Assembly (NCBI GenBank): GCA_951406725.2
Contig: OX597832.1
Location: forward strand, 69,130,001-69,194,000
DNA: 64,000 nucleotides
Direction of reading: 5' to 3'
Source: Octopus vulgaris
Taxonomy: Eukaryota
The position numbers and the translations under genes were made by a program. Positions 23,879-37,165 of this stretch are shown here, piece by piece (position 1 is the first letter of the stretch; each line of letters starts with the position of its first letter). Below the pieces are notes generated by a model, which was given only the letters and a program-made list of their open reading frames with translations, was not told the origin of the DNA and made no database searches.

Positions 23879-26755
23879 TTGTGTGCCGGTAGCGCAGGGC
23901 CTGGAACTTACCTGCATTACACTGCATGTTGTTGTCCTCAGCCCACCTGTATATTGTATCCAACCCCTGTTGCAGATGTGCAATATTTCCAGGGTTTTGT
24001 ATTGTGTGGGAGACTTTTGTGTCATCTGCATAGCTAGCAAGGGTGGCCATCTTAGCAACAGAGGGCATGTCTATAAGGGCCACTATGAAGAGCAGTGGCC
24101 CCAAGACAGTGCCCTGTGGAACACCGCTTGTTGTTTGTGTTTCCTTGGAGGTGGCTCCATTGGTCACAACTGCCTGCTTTCTATCTTTTAGGAAGTTGTG
24201 CAGCCACTCTCCAAGTTTTCCGCCTATGCCGAGACCACGCAGTTTGTGACAAATCATACCATGGTTGACTTTATCAAAGGTTTTTGCAAAGTCGAGATAT
24301 ATCACATCCACATTTGAGCCATTTAGTAGCTGTTTTAACACCCAGTCATAGTGTTGCAGGAGCTGTGTTAGGCAGCTTCTACCTGGTCGAAATCCATGCC
24401 GGGTGTCAGTCAGCAAGTCATTTTCTTCAAGGAACATGATTAGTTTCTTGCGGACTATTCATTCCATGACTTTGCTGATGTGTGAGGTCAGAGAGATAGG
24501 CCTATAATTTTTAGCATCTGCTCTGCTTCCTCCCTTATGGATAGGGCATATTACCCCCTCTTTCAATTTGACTGGGAGCTTACCACTTGCAAGAAAGCTC
24601 TGTAAAAGAAGCTGTAGCGGTTTTGCAAGGGCTCATTTGAACGATTTGAATAGGATCGCTGGAAATCCATCAGGTCCAGCAGCTGAGTTTGTGTCAATCT
24701 CATCTATGGCGAGTGTGATATCATCATCTTCAATGTTGATGTACTCAATTTTTGCCTCTTTGGCCACAGGTAAAGTGGCAAAGAATTCTTCTGGGTTGTT
24801 TACTTGCCTGTGTCCTAGAGGTGTAGTGAACACACTTTGGAACTGTTCGTTCAGTATTTCACTTATCCTCATGGGATTTCCTGTGAGGGAGCCATCTTTT
24901 TGGAAGGGAGGTCCTATTCTCTGGTGCACTGTGGCTGTCACTTTGGCAAACTTAAAGAAAGCTTTAGGGTTTGACTTTATATTTTCTATTACCCAAGCTT
25001 CTTTATCTGCTCTCTCCTTTTCATGAGACTGATGCAGACTTTTCTCAATTTCCATTAGCATTCTCTCGAGCCGAGACTTCTCACCAATTTTGGTGTGCTT
25101 ACTCAGGCGGTTTGCAATCCTTGTCCGTTGTCTCATAAGAATCTTCCTTTCTCTAGGGATCCTGTTTTTGTTTTTGTGTGTGCTGGCCCTGCACACTGGG
25201 ACATATTTGTCACATATGGCTTGTATTATGGACATGAAGCGTTTGTGTTTCATGTCAATGTCTGGTGTGGAAAGACATTTAGGCCAATCCTGTTTGAGGA
25301 TCTCTTTCTCAATCAACTTCCAATTTGCTTTATGAAAGTTTAAGTTGGAGAGATTGTGGATGCTTCGTATAGGCTGTGTGTCTGCAGGGGCTTTTGGTCC
25401 ATACATAGACAGCTCTATTATGTTGTGATCTGAGATCATTGTTGGCATCACTTTAACATTATGGATAATATCCATATTGTTTGTGAAGCAGAGATCCAGT
25501 ATATTATTTGCCCTTGTTGGTTGCAGCACTATTTGCTCCATGAAAGAGGCACTCTGCCTGTGCCTGCTGATGGTGTGTCATCCCTGGGAGCATCTGCCCA
25601 CCAGGCCATTCCACATTGGGGAAGTTAAAGTCACCCATGAAGAATACACTGTTGTGTTGTTCCAGGTTGGTGAGAACTTCTCCTATTTTTGTTAGGCAGT
25701 CTTCAAACATGCCTGTGTGATTTGGGGCATCCGGTGGGCGATATGTAGTACATATGACGATATTCAGTTGTCTTATGTGTACAATTTGAGTGTCACACAC
25801 TGAGTTTGAATATGACAACAGGACCTGGGGCGTGTGATCATCTCGGATGTACATTGCAACTCCACCATGGCTCCTTCCTTTTCTATCTGAGCGTATGGCA
25901 GCATATTGCGGTATGTGTATTTCTGCATCCCCTATATCAGGTCCAAGATGCGTTTCTATGAGTGCCATGCATATAGCTTGATTGCATGCCACAAGGTCTC
26001 TCAGGAATGAGATTTTCCTTTTACAGTTGCCACGCAGCAGCCCTCCTACCTTCAGTAGAAATATTTTTGTGGTGTGTGTGTTGGTGTCTGTGGTGACCAT
26101 CCTGCATCTGTTGGTGGTGGCCTTATGTGGTGGTAGTTCCAACTTTGTGTTTGTAGCCAGGTCAGCTGCTGGACAATTTTTTGTGCCATGCACAAAAAAG
26201 ATTGCTGTTCAGCTGCTGCCCTTCTCACATCAGGGTGAAGCTAGCCATTTGTTGGGCTATGCAGTATCTTTTTTGGACCACACACTAAATCTGCATATCG
26301 TCTTTCAGGAGTAGTCAGTGCGCCATTTTTCCTTCTTCTATATTTTTATTTTTATTTTTGTTCTCCCCAAGGGAGGGATTTTTGTCTCAAGTCCATGCGG
26401 CTTTGGCATGGCTTCTGATGTGCAAAACAACAGTTTGCACCATTGACGCCATGCCAGCAGTCTCCCTTCAGGTAGAATTTGCAGACGTTTCTGCTTTTGC
26501 CCTTGTAGCTCTTGCTGGGGTTCTTCTGTTTTTTCTGAACAGTGTTTGTTTTAGTTTTCTTGTCTTTTACCTCTTGTTTTCTGTCGAGTTTAGGATGCTT
26601 TCCTTTTTTTGCAGCCATTGCACCTCTTTGGCCTTCAGTTGTGTTGGGAGCTGGACATGTACCATTGTTTCCCTTGTTTGCAGGTCTCTCAGTTGTGTCT
26701 TTTGTTGGGTCCGGGATGCTTTCTCCATCCTTTTGGTCTTCCCTGGTGCAGTCAT
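23879..26755 (-). mobile_element. CR1/L2/Jockey-group LINE: CCCH-finger ORF1, APE endonuclease and RT; disrupted and 3'-truncated
   Basis: ORF1 CKFYLKGDC..CCFAH. APE LIETHL, GGVAMYI, YRPP, GDFNFP, ILDLCFTN, SDHN. RT GPDGFP, HGFRPGRSC, YLDFAKTFDKV, GVPQGTVLGP, YADD. Confidence 0.93.
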
Positions 26756-27116
26756 ATATACTCTTTTACTCTTTCACTTGTGCACTATATATACTCTCTT
26801 ACTCTTTCACTTTTTTCAGTCATTTGACTGTGGCCATGCTGGAGCACCGCCTTTAGTCGAACAAATCGACCCCAGGACTTATTCTTTGTAAGCCTAGTAC
26901 TTATTCTATTGGTATCTTTTGCCGAACTGCTAAGTTACGGGGACGTAAACACACCAGCATCGGTTGTCAAGCGAAGTTGGGGGGACAAACACACACACAC
27001 ACAAACATACACACACACATACATATATACGATGGGCTTCTTTCAGTTTCTGTCAACCAAATCCATTCACAAGGCTTTGGTCGACCCGAGGCTATAGTAG
27101 AAGACATTTGCCCAAG
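26756..27116 (-). mobile_element. SINE family A, 5'-truncated, with duplicated tail
   Basis: Reverse complement of the family A body; TACTCTTTCACTT tail occurs twice. Confidence 0.85.
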
Positions 27117-27444
27117 ATTCAGATGAATATGGTACTTAAGTTGAGGCACCAGAATTTAGCACAGTATTATCCATACAATTTCAAAGTAAGGTGATTAAAA
27201 TCAAAATAAGCAACAAGGATATTATCCAGAGGTAATGCAGTATGATCGCTTCATGCAACTCCATTTAATTGAACAATGCAATCATTACATCAATTTAAAA
27301 GCAGAGCAATCCTCAGCTGCACAAAGACATAAAATTTAATAAAATTAAAACATGGACACATTAGTATAATTATACCTAAAATCTCCAAGAATTTAAGGAG
27401 ATAGACAAAGAGCATGCTGCCTTCACTCCAGCATAGTAGTTTCT

Positions 27445-27446
<2 letters not shown>

Positions 27447-27536
<90 letters not shown>
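27447..27536. repeat. (TA)n microsatellite
   Basis: Perfect TA run. Confidence 0.97.
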
Positions 27537-27540
<4 letters not shown>

Positions 27541-28006
27541 GATATGATGGAAATACTTTTGCAGTGCAATGCAACAAATTTTGATACATAATTTTTATTG
27601 TATAATTTCTTCCCTGGACAAAAGCTCACATTTTTAGCAATCAAAACAGTCAAATAACAGGCTTAAAACCCCAGTCAGTGGGAAAACAAAATGATGATGC
27701 CCTTGCGGGTAACATTTTTTAAATAAAATTACAAGCCAGATCAGCCAGTGATGGAATAGTCGCTACCAATAAGCTTGTAATTTTCAAGTCAAACTAATCC
27801 AGAATAGTGATCTAGCTTCACTGTGGGGTGGTTATCTTCCCTGTCAGTATATGAAAATGTACTTACTTGTGGCTCTTAAAGTTTTTAACTCTTATCTCTA
27901 GCAATATAGCTGCTACCCAGCAGCCTCAGTCACAGTTAGGGACAACTGAATATTCCTTTTTTGGTTTTCTATTGCATATAGCTGCCTTTGTTATTTTATG
28001 TATGAA

Positions 28007-28410
28007 TGGCTGTGTTAAGTAGCTTGCTTACCAACCACATGGTTCTGGGTTCAGTCCCAATGCATGGAATCTTGTGCAAGTGTCATCTATAGTCTCGGGC
28101 TGACCAAAGCCTTGTGAGCAGATTTGGTAGATGGAAACTGAAAGAAGTCTGTTGTATGTGTGTGTGTGTTTGTGTGTGTCTGTGTCATTGTGTCTGTCTA
28201 TGTTTGTGTGTCTGTGTTTGTCCCCCCACCCTCACTTGACAACCAGTGTTGGTGTGTTTATGTCCCAGCAACTTAGCAGTTCAGCAAAAGAGACCAATAG
28301 CATAAGTACTAAGCTTAGAAAGAATAAGTCCTGGGGATGATTTGTTTGACTAAAGGTGGTGCTCCAGCATGGCTGCAGTCAAATGACTGAAGCAAATGAA
28401 AGAAAAGAAT
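28007..28410 (+). mobile_element. SINE family A
   Basis: Head, internal (TG)n and GGTGCTCCAGCATGGCTGCAGTCAAATGACTGAA tail. Confidence 0.85.
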
Positions 28411-29702
28411 GTACCTACATGATAATTATCCTTCCATTAGAGACAACTATGTATGCCATTATGTCATTACTCTATGATTAACTCCCTTTATTTTAACTGA
28501 CACTTTGCTACAACGACATTTATATGATGCTTTTAGAAATGTCTTTTTAATAATTGAATTCTCATATTTGTAATTCAATCTTTTTCTAAATTTGTGCTAA
28601 TTCTGATGTCATTGGTATTACTGTTAGAGGGTGGTGTTTATCATGATGATGACTTTTTTTTAATAGTCTTATGTCAACACTGATTGACAAGACTTATGAC
28701 TGAAGTCGTTTTTAGAGATGATCACCTTGTCTTTTTTCCAGACAACATGTATTTATGACAACAAATAAGTTGTAAGATGCTTTGGTATAATTTGAAGGAG
28801 ATTGAGAAGACTTATGATCAAAGTGTTTTTAAATGTGATCACATCATCTCATTTCCAGTCAGTGTTTATCTATGACGACAGATGAATTGTAAGATGTCAG
28901 ATAATGATCTGAAAGAGATTCGGCTGCTTGATCAGGTCAGGTCAAGTCAGTTCAGGTCAAGTGAATGTTTAACGGTTCATTTGCTGCATTTGTGAATAAA
29001 ATTTAATAGAAAGTATGCATGAAAAGAACTGAAATAAAATTAATTGAAAAGAAATGAGAGTTGTTTGAGATTGCATGAGAAGAGATTAAAGAACACCAGA
29101 GAGAGGAAATGAAAGAGAAGAGATGAGGGAGAGAGAGTGAGCACAAATGAGAGAGAGAGGAGAGAGAGAAATGCAGTGAAATAGAGTGTTATGTATATTA
29201 ATGCAGGTTGAAAGAGATAAATGAATAGAATGACAGTGATATATCGAAAGAGAGGTATTAAAGAAAGATAATGATAAGATGGGAAAATAGAAAAAATGCA
29301 ATGAAAGAGAAAGAAAGCAAAGAGAAAAGACAGAGAGAGATAAAATGAGTGAAGAAGAAAGAGGCACAGTTAAACAGTAAAAGAAAATTAGAGAGAGAAA
29401 GAGAGGAAAATAGAGATAATGAGAGACAGAAAAAGAGAGAATGTAAATAAAAGTGATTTTTCAAGCAAAAGACAAGATAGTGGCTTATCAAGAAATTTGT
29501 GATGCCCTGGTGTTTTGTCTGCTACCATGGAAAGAGATAGCAAAAATGTCATATTGTGTCTACAAATCGATATTAACTCTGTCTTCTCTTTGTTATTGGC
29601 ACAGTTTGTGTTTTATAATACAATATTTCTCAGTTACATATAAATTGAAATGTTCAATCTAGTTTGAAGTACCAATGTAACAGAAGGTACAATATATACA
29701 TA

Positions 29703-29752
<50 letters not shown>

Positions 29753-30009
29753 TATATACATGTGTATGTACATACATATACACTTTCATATCTACATGTC
29801 TGTGTGTACGTGTGTCCAAGTGCATATGTGCTTGTAAAAATGGTTAGATGGTGAATAAATCTCCAGAGTGATCCATTCATACACACATATACATCAATAC
29901 ACATATACCCGCCAACATACATACACAAATGTATGCATATATGTATCATGCTATGGATTTACTAAAAACAGATTAGCATCTCTCTCTCTCCCTCTCCCCA
30001 TAATATAAC

Positions 30010-30820
30010 ATCATCATCATCATCGTTTAACATCCGCTTTCCATGCTAGCATGGGTTGGATGAATGACTGAGGGCTGGCGAACCAGATGGCTGCACCAGG
30101 CTTCAATCTTAATCTGGCAGAGTTTCTATAGCTGGATGCCCTTCCTAACGCCAACCACTCTGAGATTGTAGTGGGTGCTTTTACGTGCCACAGGCATGGG
30201 GCCAGTCAGGGCCAGTCAATTATATCATCATCATCATCATCATCATTTAACGTCCGCTTTCCATGCTAGCATGGGTTGGACGGTTCAACTGGGGTCTGGG
30301 GAGCCCGAAAGCTGCACCAGTCCAGTCAGATCTGGCAGTGTTTCTACAGCTGGATGCCCTTCCTAACGCCAACCACTCCGAGAGTGTAGTGGGTGATTTT
30401 ATGTGCCACCGACACAGGTGCCAGACGAGGCTGGCAAACAGCCACGCTCGGATGGTGTTTTTTATGTGCCACCGACACAGGTGCCAGACGAGGTTGGCAG
30501 ACGGCCACACTCGGATGGTGTTTTTATGTGCCACCGACACAGGTGCCAGATGAGGCTGGCAAACGGCCACGATCGGATGGTGTTTGTTACGTGCCCACAG
30601 CACGGAGGCCAGTCGATGCGGTACTGGCTACAGCCACGTTCGGATGGTTTTCTTGTGTGCCACGTGCCCCCGGCACTGGTACCACAAAGATACAAATTCC
30701 ATTGATGTTCATCTATTTTGATTTGTTTTGATTTGATTTGATTTTGATTTTCACTTGCCTCAACAGGTCTTCACAAGTGTCACAAGAAGGAAGGTATGCA
30801 CAGGTGGACTGACTACGTCC
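30010..30820 (-). mobile_element. Two adjacent young copies of the (GAT)n-tailed RTE-3'-like family
   Basis: (CAT)n-TTTAAC..CCGCTTTCCATGCTAGCATGGGTTGGA..CTGGATGCCCTTCCTAACGCCAACCACTC occurs at ~30010 and again at ~30226. Confidence 0.8.
30401..30600. repeat. 62-63-bp GC-rich tandem repeat, 3 copies plus diverged partials
   Basis: ATGTGCCACCGACACAGGTGCCAGA starts at 30401, 30464 and 30526. Confidence 0.92.
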
Positions 30821-30841
30821 CGATGTATATATTAATATGTA

Positions 30842-30917
<76 letters not shown>

Positions 30918-30937
30918 TATATGTATGTATATATTAA

Positions 30938-31345
30938 TACTCTTACTCTCTACTCTTTTACTTGTTTCAGTCATTTGACTGCGGCCATGCTGGAGCACCG
31001 CCTTTAGTCGAGCAACTCGACCCCGGGACTTATTCTTTTGTAAGCCTAGTACTTATTCTATCAGTCTCTTTTTTGCCGAACCGCTAAGTGACAGGGATGT
31101 AAACACACCAGCATTGGTTGTCAAGCAATGCTAGGGGAACAAACACAGACACACAAACACACACACACATATATATATATACGACAGGCTTCTTTCAGTT
31201 TCCGTCTACCAAATCCACTCACAAGGCATTGGTCGGCCCGGGGCTATAGCAGAAGACACTTGCCCAAGATGCCACGCAGTGGGACTGAACCTGGAACCAT
31301 GTGGTTGGTTAGCAAGCTACTTACCACACAGCCACTCCTGCGCCT
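30938..31345 (-). mobile_element. Full-length SINE family A
   Basis: Complete from the GGCGCAGGAGTGGCTGTGTGG head to the GAGTA-repeat tail. Confidence 0.9.
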
Positions 31346-31348
31346 GGA

Positions 31349-32632
31349 TTTTTTTTTTCTAGTTTCAGCTCAGAGCTGCGGCCATGCTGATGCACCTCCG
31401 TTTTGTGCTACACTGTTATTACAACGAACCTCGTCTAATATGTGGCACTTAGTGAAGAATGGAGTTTGATATAGCTACTCTCATTTGCACCTCTTGTCAT
31501 GAGGTAGGTTCATCTGGGATTCTTGACAGGAAGATGTCCAGCTTTGATTTAAAAACCACTACACCTACTTTGTGCAAGTTCCTCAGACTCTTTGGGAGAA
31601 TATTAAAAAGCTGTGGGCCCTTGAAACCCAGGCTGTTGCAGAAGCTGGTCCTGAAGCGTGATGGCATTGCTGGGATCTTTGGCACTATGCAGTGTCGTCC
31701 CGTTCTAGCATTGGTGAAGCTTACAATGCCAAAATTTGGCACAATTCCTTCCAGGATCTTCCAGACATATATTACTGCATACCTCTCCCGTCTTCTCTCC
31801 AGGGAGTAGAGTCTTAGCTGTTTCAACCTTTCCCAGTAGCTGAGCTGTTGCAAAGAGATGATCTTCTTTGTGAATCTTCTCTGGATTGCTTCAAGGTCCG
31901 CTGTTAATTTTACACTGGTGGGTGACCACCATAGCTGTGAGCAGTAATCCAGGCGACTGAGGACGAATGTCCACCAGAGGACCATCATGGTTTCCTTATT
32001 TCTGGTTCTGAATGTTCTTAGGATCCACCCAGCCAGTCGTCTGCACTTTGTCACCATCCTGGTAATGTGCACTTGGAAAGAGGTATCATCACTCACGTCG
32101 ATACCCAGGTCCCTCACAGACTTAGGCTCTGGGATTGAAATTCCCTGTGAACCGGTGTATCCTGTAAGTTTAATATTCAGTTTTGGATGCTGGTAGCGCA
32201 GGGCCTGGAATTTTTCAGCATTAAACTGCATATTATTATCCTCAGCCCATCTGTAGATTGAGTCCAACTCCTGCTGCAGGTGTGCAACATCGCTGGGGTT
32301 CTGTATTTTCTGTGAGACTTTCGTATCAACTGCATAGCTGGCCAGAGTGGCTATCTGGGCATTTGACGGCATATCTGAGAGGGCCATTATAAAAAGCAGT
32401 GGTCCCAAGACAGTGCTCTGTGGAACACCGCTCACTATTTGTGTGTTCATAAAGGTGGCTCCATTAACCACTACTGTCTGACTCCTATCTTTCAGGAAGT
32501 CATGCAACCACACTCCAAGTTTTCCAGCTATGCCGAGGTCACGTAGTTTGTGGCATATCATACCATGATCCACCTTGTCAAAAGCTTTTGCAAAATCAAG
32601 GTAGATTACGTCCACATTTGATTTGTTGAGTA
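31349..32632 (-). mobile_element. CR1/L2/Jockey-group LINE 3' half (RT to poly-A), same family as 23879-26755
   Basis: YLDFAKAFDKVDHG, GVPQSTVLGP, YAVD (mutated YADD), RDLG, SRLDYCSQLW and LYSLERRRER; 3' tail with A-run. Confidence 0.93.
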
Positions 32633-33300
32633 ACTGCCTTTGAAGATTAACAAATAATATAGTCTTTGTGTGTGGTAAATGTGCAGGTACAATAAGCACT
32701 AAAAATATGCAGACAATGGACTCCCTCAAATACTTGGCGGAATTATCAGAAGTTGTAGATGGCTTCTATTACCTAGGAGACCAATTTAGAAGTGGGAGAA
32801 GAAGTTCTGAAAGTGTAGTTGATAGCATAAGAAAGAGCTGGACGAAGTTCAGAGAGCTTCTACCTTTGCTGGCAACTAAGGGATTCTCTCTCAGAGTGAA
32901 AGGCAGATTGGATGATGCCTGTGTACATACAGCTATGCTACATGGCAGTGAAACATGGGCTTTGATTACAGAGGACTTGTGAAAGCTTGTAAAAAATGAA
33001 GCTAGCATGCTATGTTGGATGGGTAATGTCAGTGTGCAAGCACAACAGAGTGTAAATGATTTAAGAGGAAAACTGGGTATAAGAGGCAAGAGAGAAGACT
33101 GCACTGGTTTGGTCATGTAATGAAGACGGTTGTGTAACGAAGTACCAAGCTCTAATTGTGAAGGGTACATGTGGAAGGGGTAAATCCAGGAAGACACAGG
33201 ATGAAGTGGTTGAGAAAGGATCATTGGATGCTGGGCCTCACTGAGGAAATGACAAGGGACCAAGAGATGTGGTAAATTGCTGTACTTGATAAGACATAAA
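32633..33300 (+). mobile_element. Degenerate RTE LINE 3' fragment (second RTE family)
   Basis: VDGFYYLGD..WTKFRELLPLL..KGRL..CV..AMLHGSETW..WFGHV, with stops. Confidence 0.85.
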
Positions 33301-34539
33301 AAGCTACGTAAAATCGCTGTCTTCCACTCAATCATGCTTGTCCTTTCAGGTGCCAGTGCCAATTAAGAAGTATTTGTGCTGGTGCTGTATAAAAGCAGCC
33401 ATGCCAGTGGCACAAATAAAGCACCCAATACACACTCTGTTAAGTGATTAGTGTTAGGAAAGGGCATCCAACTGTAGAAACTATGCCACAACAGACAACT
33501 GGAATCTTGACAGTTCCCAGCTAGCCGGCTCCATGTCAATCCGTCTAACCCATGCCAGCATGGAAAGTGGACATTAAATGATGATGGTGATAATATGATG
33601 ATATGAAGTACTGAAAGAAAACCCCAAGAAGCTGAGAATAAGACAAAGGACTGAGAACCCTTGCACCTTGCTGTTCTCAAGGCCCATACTCCACATCAGA
33701 AATGTCAAGGCCACTCCTGCTGGTGAAGAAGATTGTCCTGCAAGAGTCCTGCTACTAAGTAAAGAGCACTCAGGACAGTTCCACATAAAATTGCTCATGC
33801 AGAGCCACATAAAAGTACCCAGCACACCTTGAAAAATGGTTGGCATTTGAAAGGGCATCCAGCTGTATTAGAAACCATGACACAAGAGACTGGAGCCTGG
33901 TGCAGCTCTCCAGCTTGTTGCACTGGTCAAACTATCCAAGCCATGGCAACAAGGACAACAGACATTAAATAATAATGATGATTATTGTGATGACAGTGAT
34001 GGTGATATATTACATGCATCTATATATGCACACATGCACACACACATACACACACACACGATAACTTTGTTATTACTGATGTCTGGAACAGAAATGAACA
34101 TGAAATCTTGATGCAAGTTTTTAATTTAGCAATTTAAGTCCCTTTAAAAAGTCAAGTTTGTATTAGGGAACTGTGGATAGTTTTAGTCAGTTGATATTCT
34201 CAACAAGAAATAATAGTTTCAAATTTTGGCACAAGGCCAGCAACTTTGGGGGAGGGGAAAGATAATTTCATCGACCCCAGTACATAACTGATACTTATTT
34301 TATTGACCCTGAAAGGATAAATGGTACAGTCAGCCTCAGAGGAATTTGAATTCAGAACATAAAGAAGGACAAAATATTGCTAAGCATTTTGTATGGTGCA
34401 CTAACAACTCTGCCAGTTCACCCCCTTTCAACAAGAAATAATAATAAAATCATCCACAGTCGTTGCAGAGTAAGAACACGAAAAGAAAACAAGAGAGGAT
34501 GCCAAGGAGCAAATGAACTAAAAACTGATCTTCAAATTT

Positions 34540-35230
34540 CCATTGAGATATAAATTTGATAAATTGCTTTCAACAAACAATATTCAAGCAGTAATAATAC
34601 TTTCTCAAGATGTCATCAATTAGGAGTGTCCATTTTGATTTCTTAGTTCAGATAAATCAGTCCCTTATCTTTTGTTGAATGACACACTTTCAACTACATG
34701 TGTTCTATAAACAGCAGCACAGTCTACCTTTAAAGTTCCATTTTTACTACACAAAACCAGTTTCAAATATCATAAGCTTCTATATGTGGACAGGCTTTTC
34801 ATTGCCTGGTGTAAATGAGTCTAGTTTCATTGTTCTTTGGATAGTCATGAGATTAATAATATTTCTCGGTAATGTTTGGCTTTTTCTTCTTAGAAGTAGT
34901 TTCCCATGTTTTTTTTTTCATTGTCTCAGTAATAATATTCTATATTTCCTCTGTATTGCTACTGTCTTTCTAGTTGTCCCAAAGTATATCAAAATTATTT
35001 TTCAAGGCTAACTGGAATTCTGAGACTTTTGGCATGAAGTCTTCCATGCAAATTCTATGTGACTTCCTTAGTTTCTTCTTCCTTTCTTTAGGTGTATTTA
35101 TTTGTATTTTGCATTTGATGTGCCTATGGTCACTTACAACATTCACTTTGTTGATAGCTGTCTGCTTTATGACTTATTTGCAAATAAAATTAAGTCAATT
35201 TGCTGATGTGCTGCAGCATAGCACAAGGGA
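34540..35230 (-). mobile_element. Old RTE-like fragment (APE-RT linker)
   Basis: Minus frame FQLALKNNFDIL resembles the RTE linker consensus F.LEL.NRF..L; heavily decayed. Confidence 0.4.
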
Positions 35231-35262
35231 AAGAAAATTAAATTATGCATAAGCTTATCTTC

Positions 35263-35306
<44 letters not shown>

Positions 35307-36021
35307 TTTATCTTCAACTTTTTGCTGCAACTCAACTCTATACTGTTTTCTTTGTCCATCCTACTCTAATTCCCTTTTTCTCCCCTCCTTCTTCTGCCGT
35401 TTTTTATCTGTCTCACTCTCCCCCCTCTTTCTCTTTTTTTCTCTCTCATTGCTCACATGTGACCATTGTCCACCTTTCCTTTCTTCACGTAACCATCTTT
35501 CTTTTCCCGCATAAACGTTCAAAGGATAAGACGTTTTTATCTCTCTTCTATCTTTTCTCTTTTCAAAGAAAATATTTCTCCTAGTGTTCACTATTTCCCT
35601 CTCATTCTAGTCTAACAACCCTTCATGTTTGTTTTCGTTTGGTTTCCTTGAATATCTCCACTGTCCTGCTTTTGTTCCCAACTTTGACCCTCCATAAATC
35701 CTAAATTTTATTTTAGAATTTATGGGAGTAACTGTCTTTTAAGACTCAATATTGTCGAAGATTCAATATATTGAATGCTTGAAATGAGGAGTAGATAGAC
35801 AGCCAACAACTGACGAAGGGTCATTTCTTTGTGTTTACTTGTCCTGTTTTCCATTTTCACTCTCATTGTTTACATATTTAACTCGTTTGTCTATATATTT
35901 CATGTTGTTTACACAGTTGGTGATGTCCTGTACCCATATATACATATATTATTTATCATTATCATTTAATTGAACGCCATGCATCCGATTCCAAGTAAGT
36001 ATACACACACACACATATATA

Positions 36022-36054
<33 letters not shown>

Positions 36055-37118
36055 ATGTGTATATATATGTATATTATATGTATAAAGTTTACATAAATAG
36101 ATACATACACATTTGCATAAATAATTACAAATATGTTTCCATGCATCCATAAACCTATATGTTTAAATACATAAACACTCACATGCTCGCACACACACGT
36201 GCACACACACACACGCATGCATAATCTTATGACCTGATACACACACAATAAAATTATTTCAGTTGTGTCATTAACTAAATTATAATGTAGGTACCACAGT
36301 GGAACAAGCCCCATCTTTCTCTCCCCCTCTCTCCCCTACTCCCTCCCCCTACACCCTCTCTCATTCTAAATAATTTGAAGTATATCTAACATATATAAAT
36401 ATAGCCTACACTTCAAATCATGTAGAATTTAGCAGTGTTTTTGTAATATTTTGGGAGGGAGAGATGTGATATAACAATGTAATCACAACATTTCACAATA
36501 TTCCAGAAATAATCAAACAATTAAGGAATTCAGAAGTTCGATTCTGAAATCAATTTTGAGGCTAAATCCAATGAATCGTATCATATTCCTTGAATTAATG
36601 AATGTTTCGTTAATGTTTCAATACAAGATACAATTTTCCCAAATGGAATCGGCAACAATTCTCAAATAAATATTCATACGATGAGAAGAATATCACAACT
36701 TGAGAAGCAGTTTGCTATTAACAGATATTTTCATTATACTTTTCAAAACTGATTGAATCTTTTATCATACACGCTGCACATACATGTGTGCATGTGTGTG
36801 CACATGTGGGAGAGAGAACGTGGGTATATATGTGTGCATGAAGGTGTCATCTTCATATGTATGTAAATATATGTATGTATATATATGTGTGTATGTTTGT
36901 ATGCATATACATATATGCAAGCAGAAATAGAGCTAAATATATTTATGTGGAAGAATATATACATATTGATAAATATACATGTTTACAAGTGTCTGCATTC
37001 GTATATACATACAGACCCAAGCATACCTGCACACATATTTTTCAAATGGCTTTACCTCCTTTTCAATTTACAGGTTATTTACAGCTCAATTCATTCTACA
37101 TGGAAAATGAATTGATAT

Positions 37119-37165
<47 letters not shown>

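Noticed and set aside
30401-30600. CRISPR-like array
   Set aside because: Units are whole tandem copies without unique spacers, in eukaryotic context with no cas genes.
31497-32729. 410-aa ORF as an intact gene
   Set aside because: The N-terminus comes from the antisense of an adjacent RTE fragment and the catalytic YADD is mutated to YAVD; it is a chimeric pseudo-ORF.
35805-35830. CTGACGA hammerhead box in a Penelope-like tail repeat
   Set aside because: No stem II or GAAA partner could be found.
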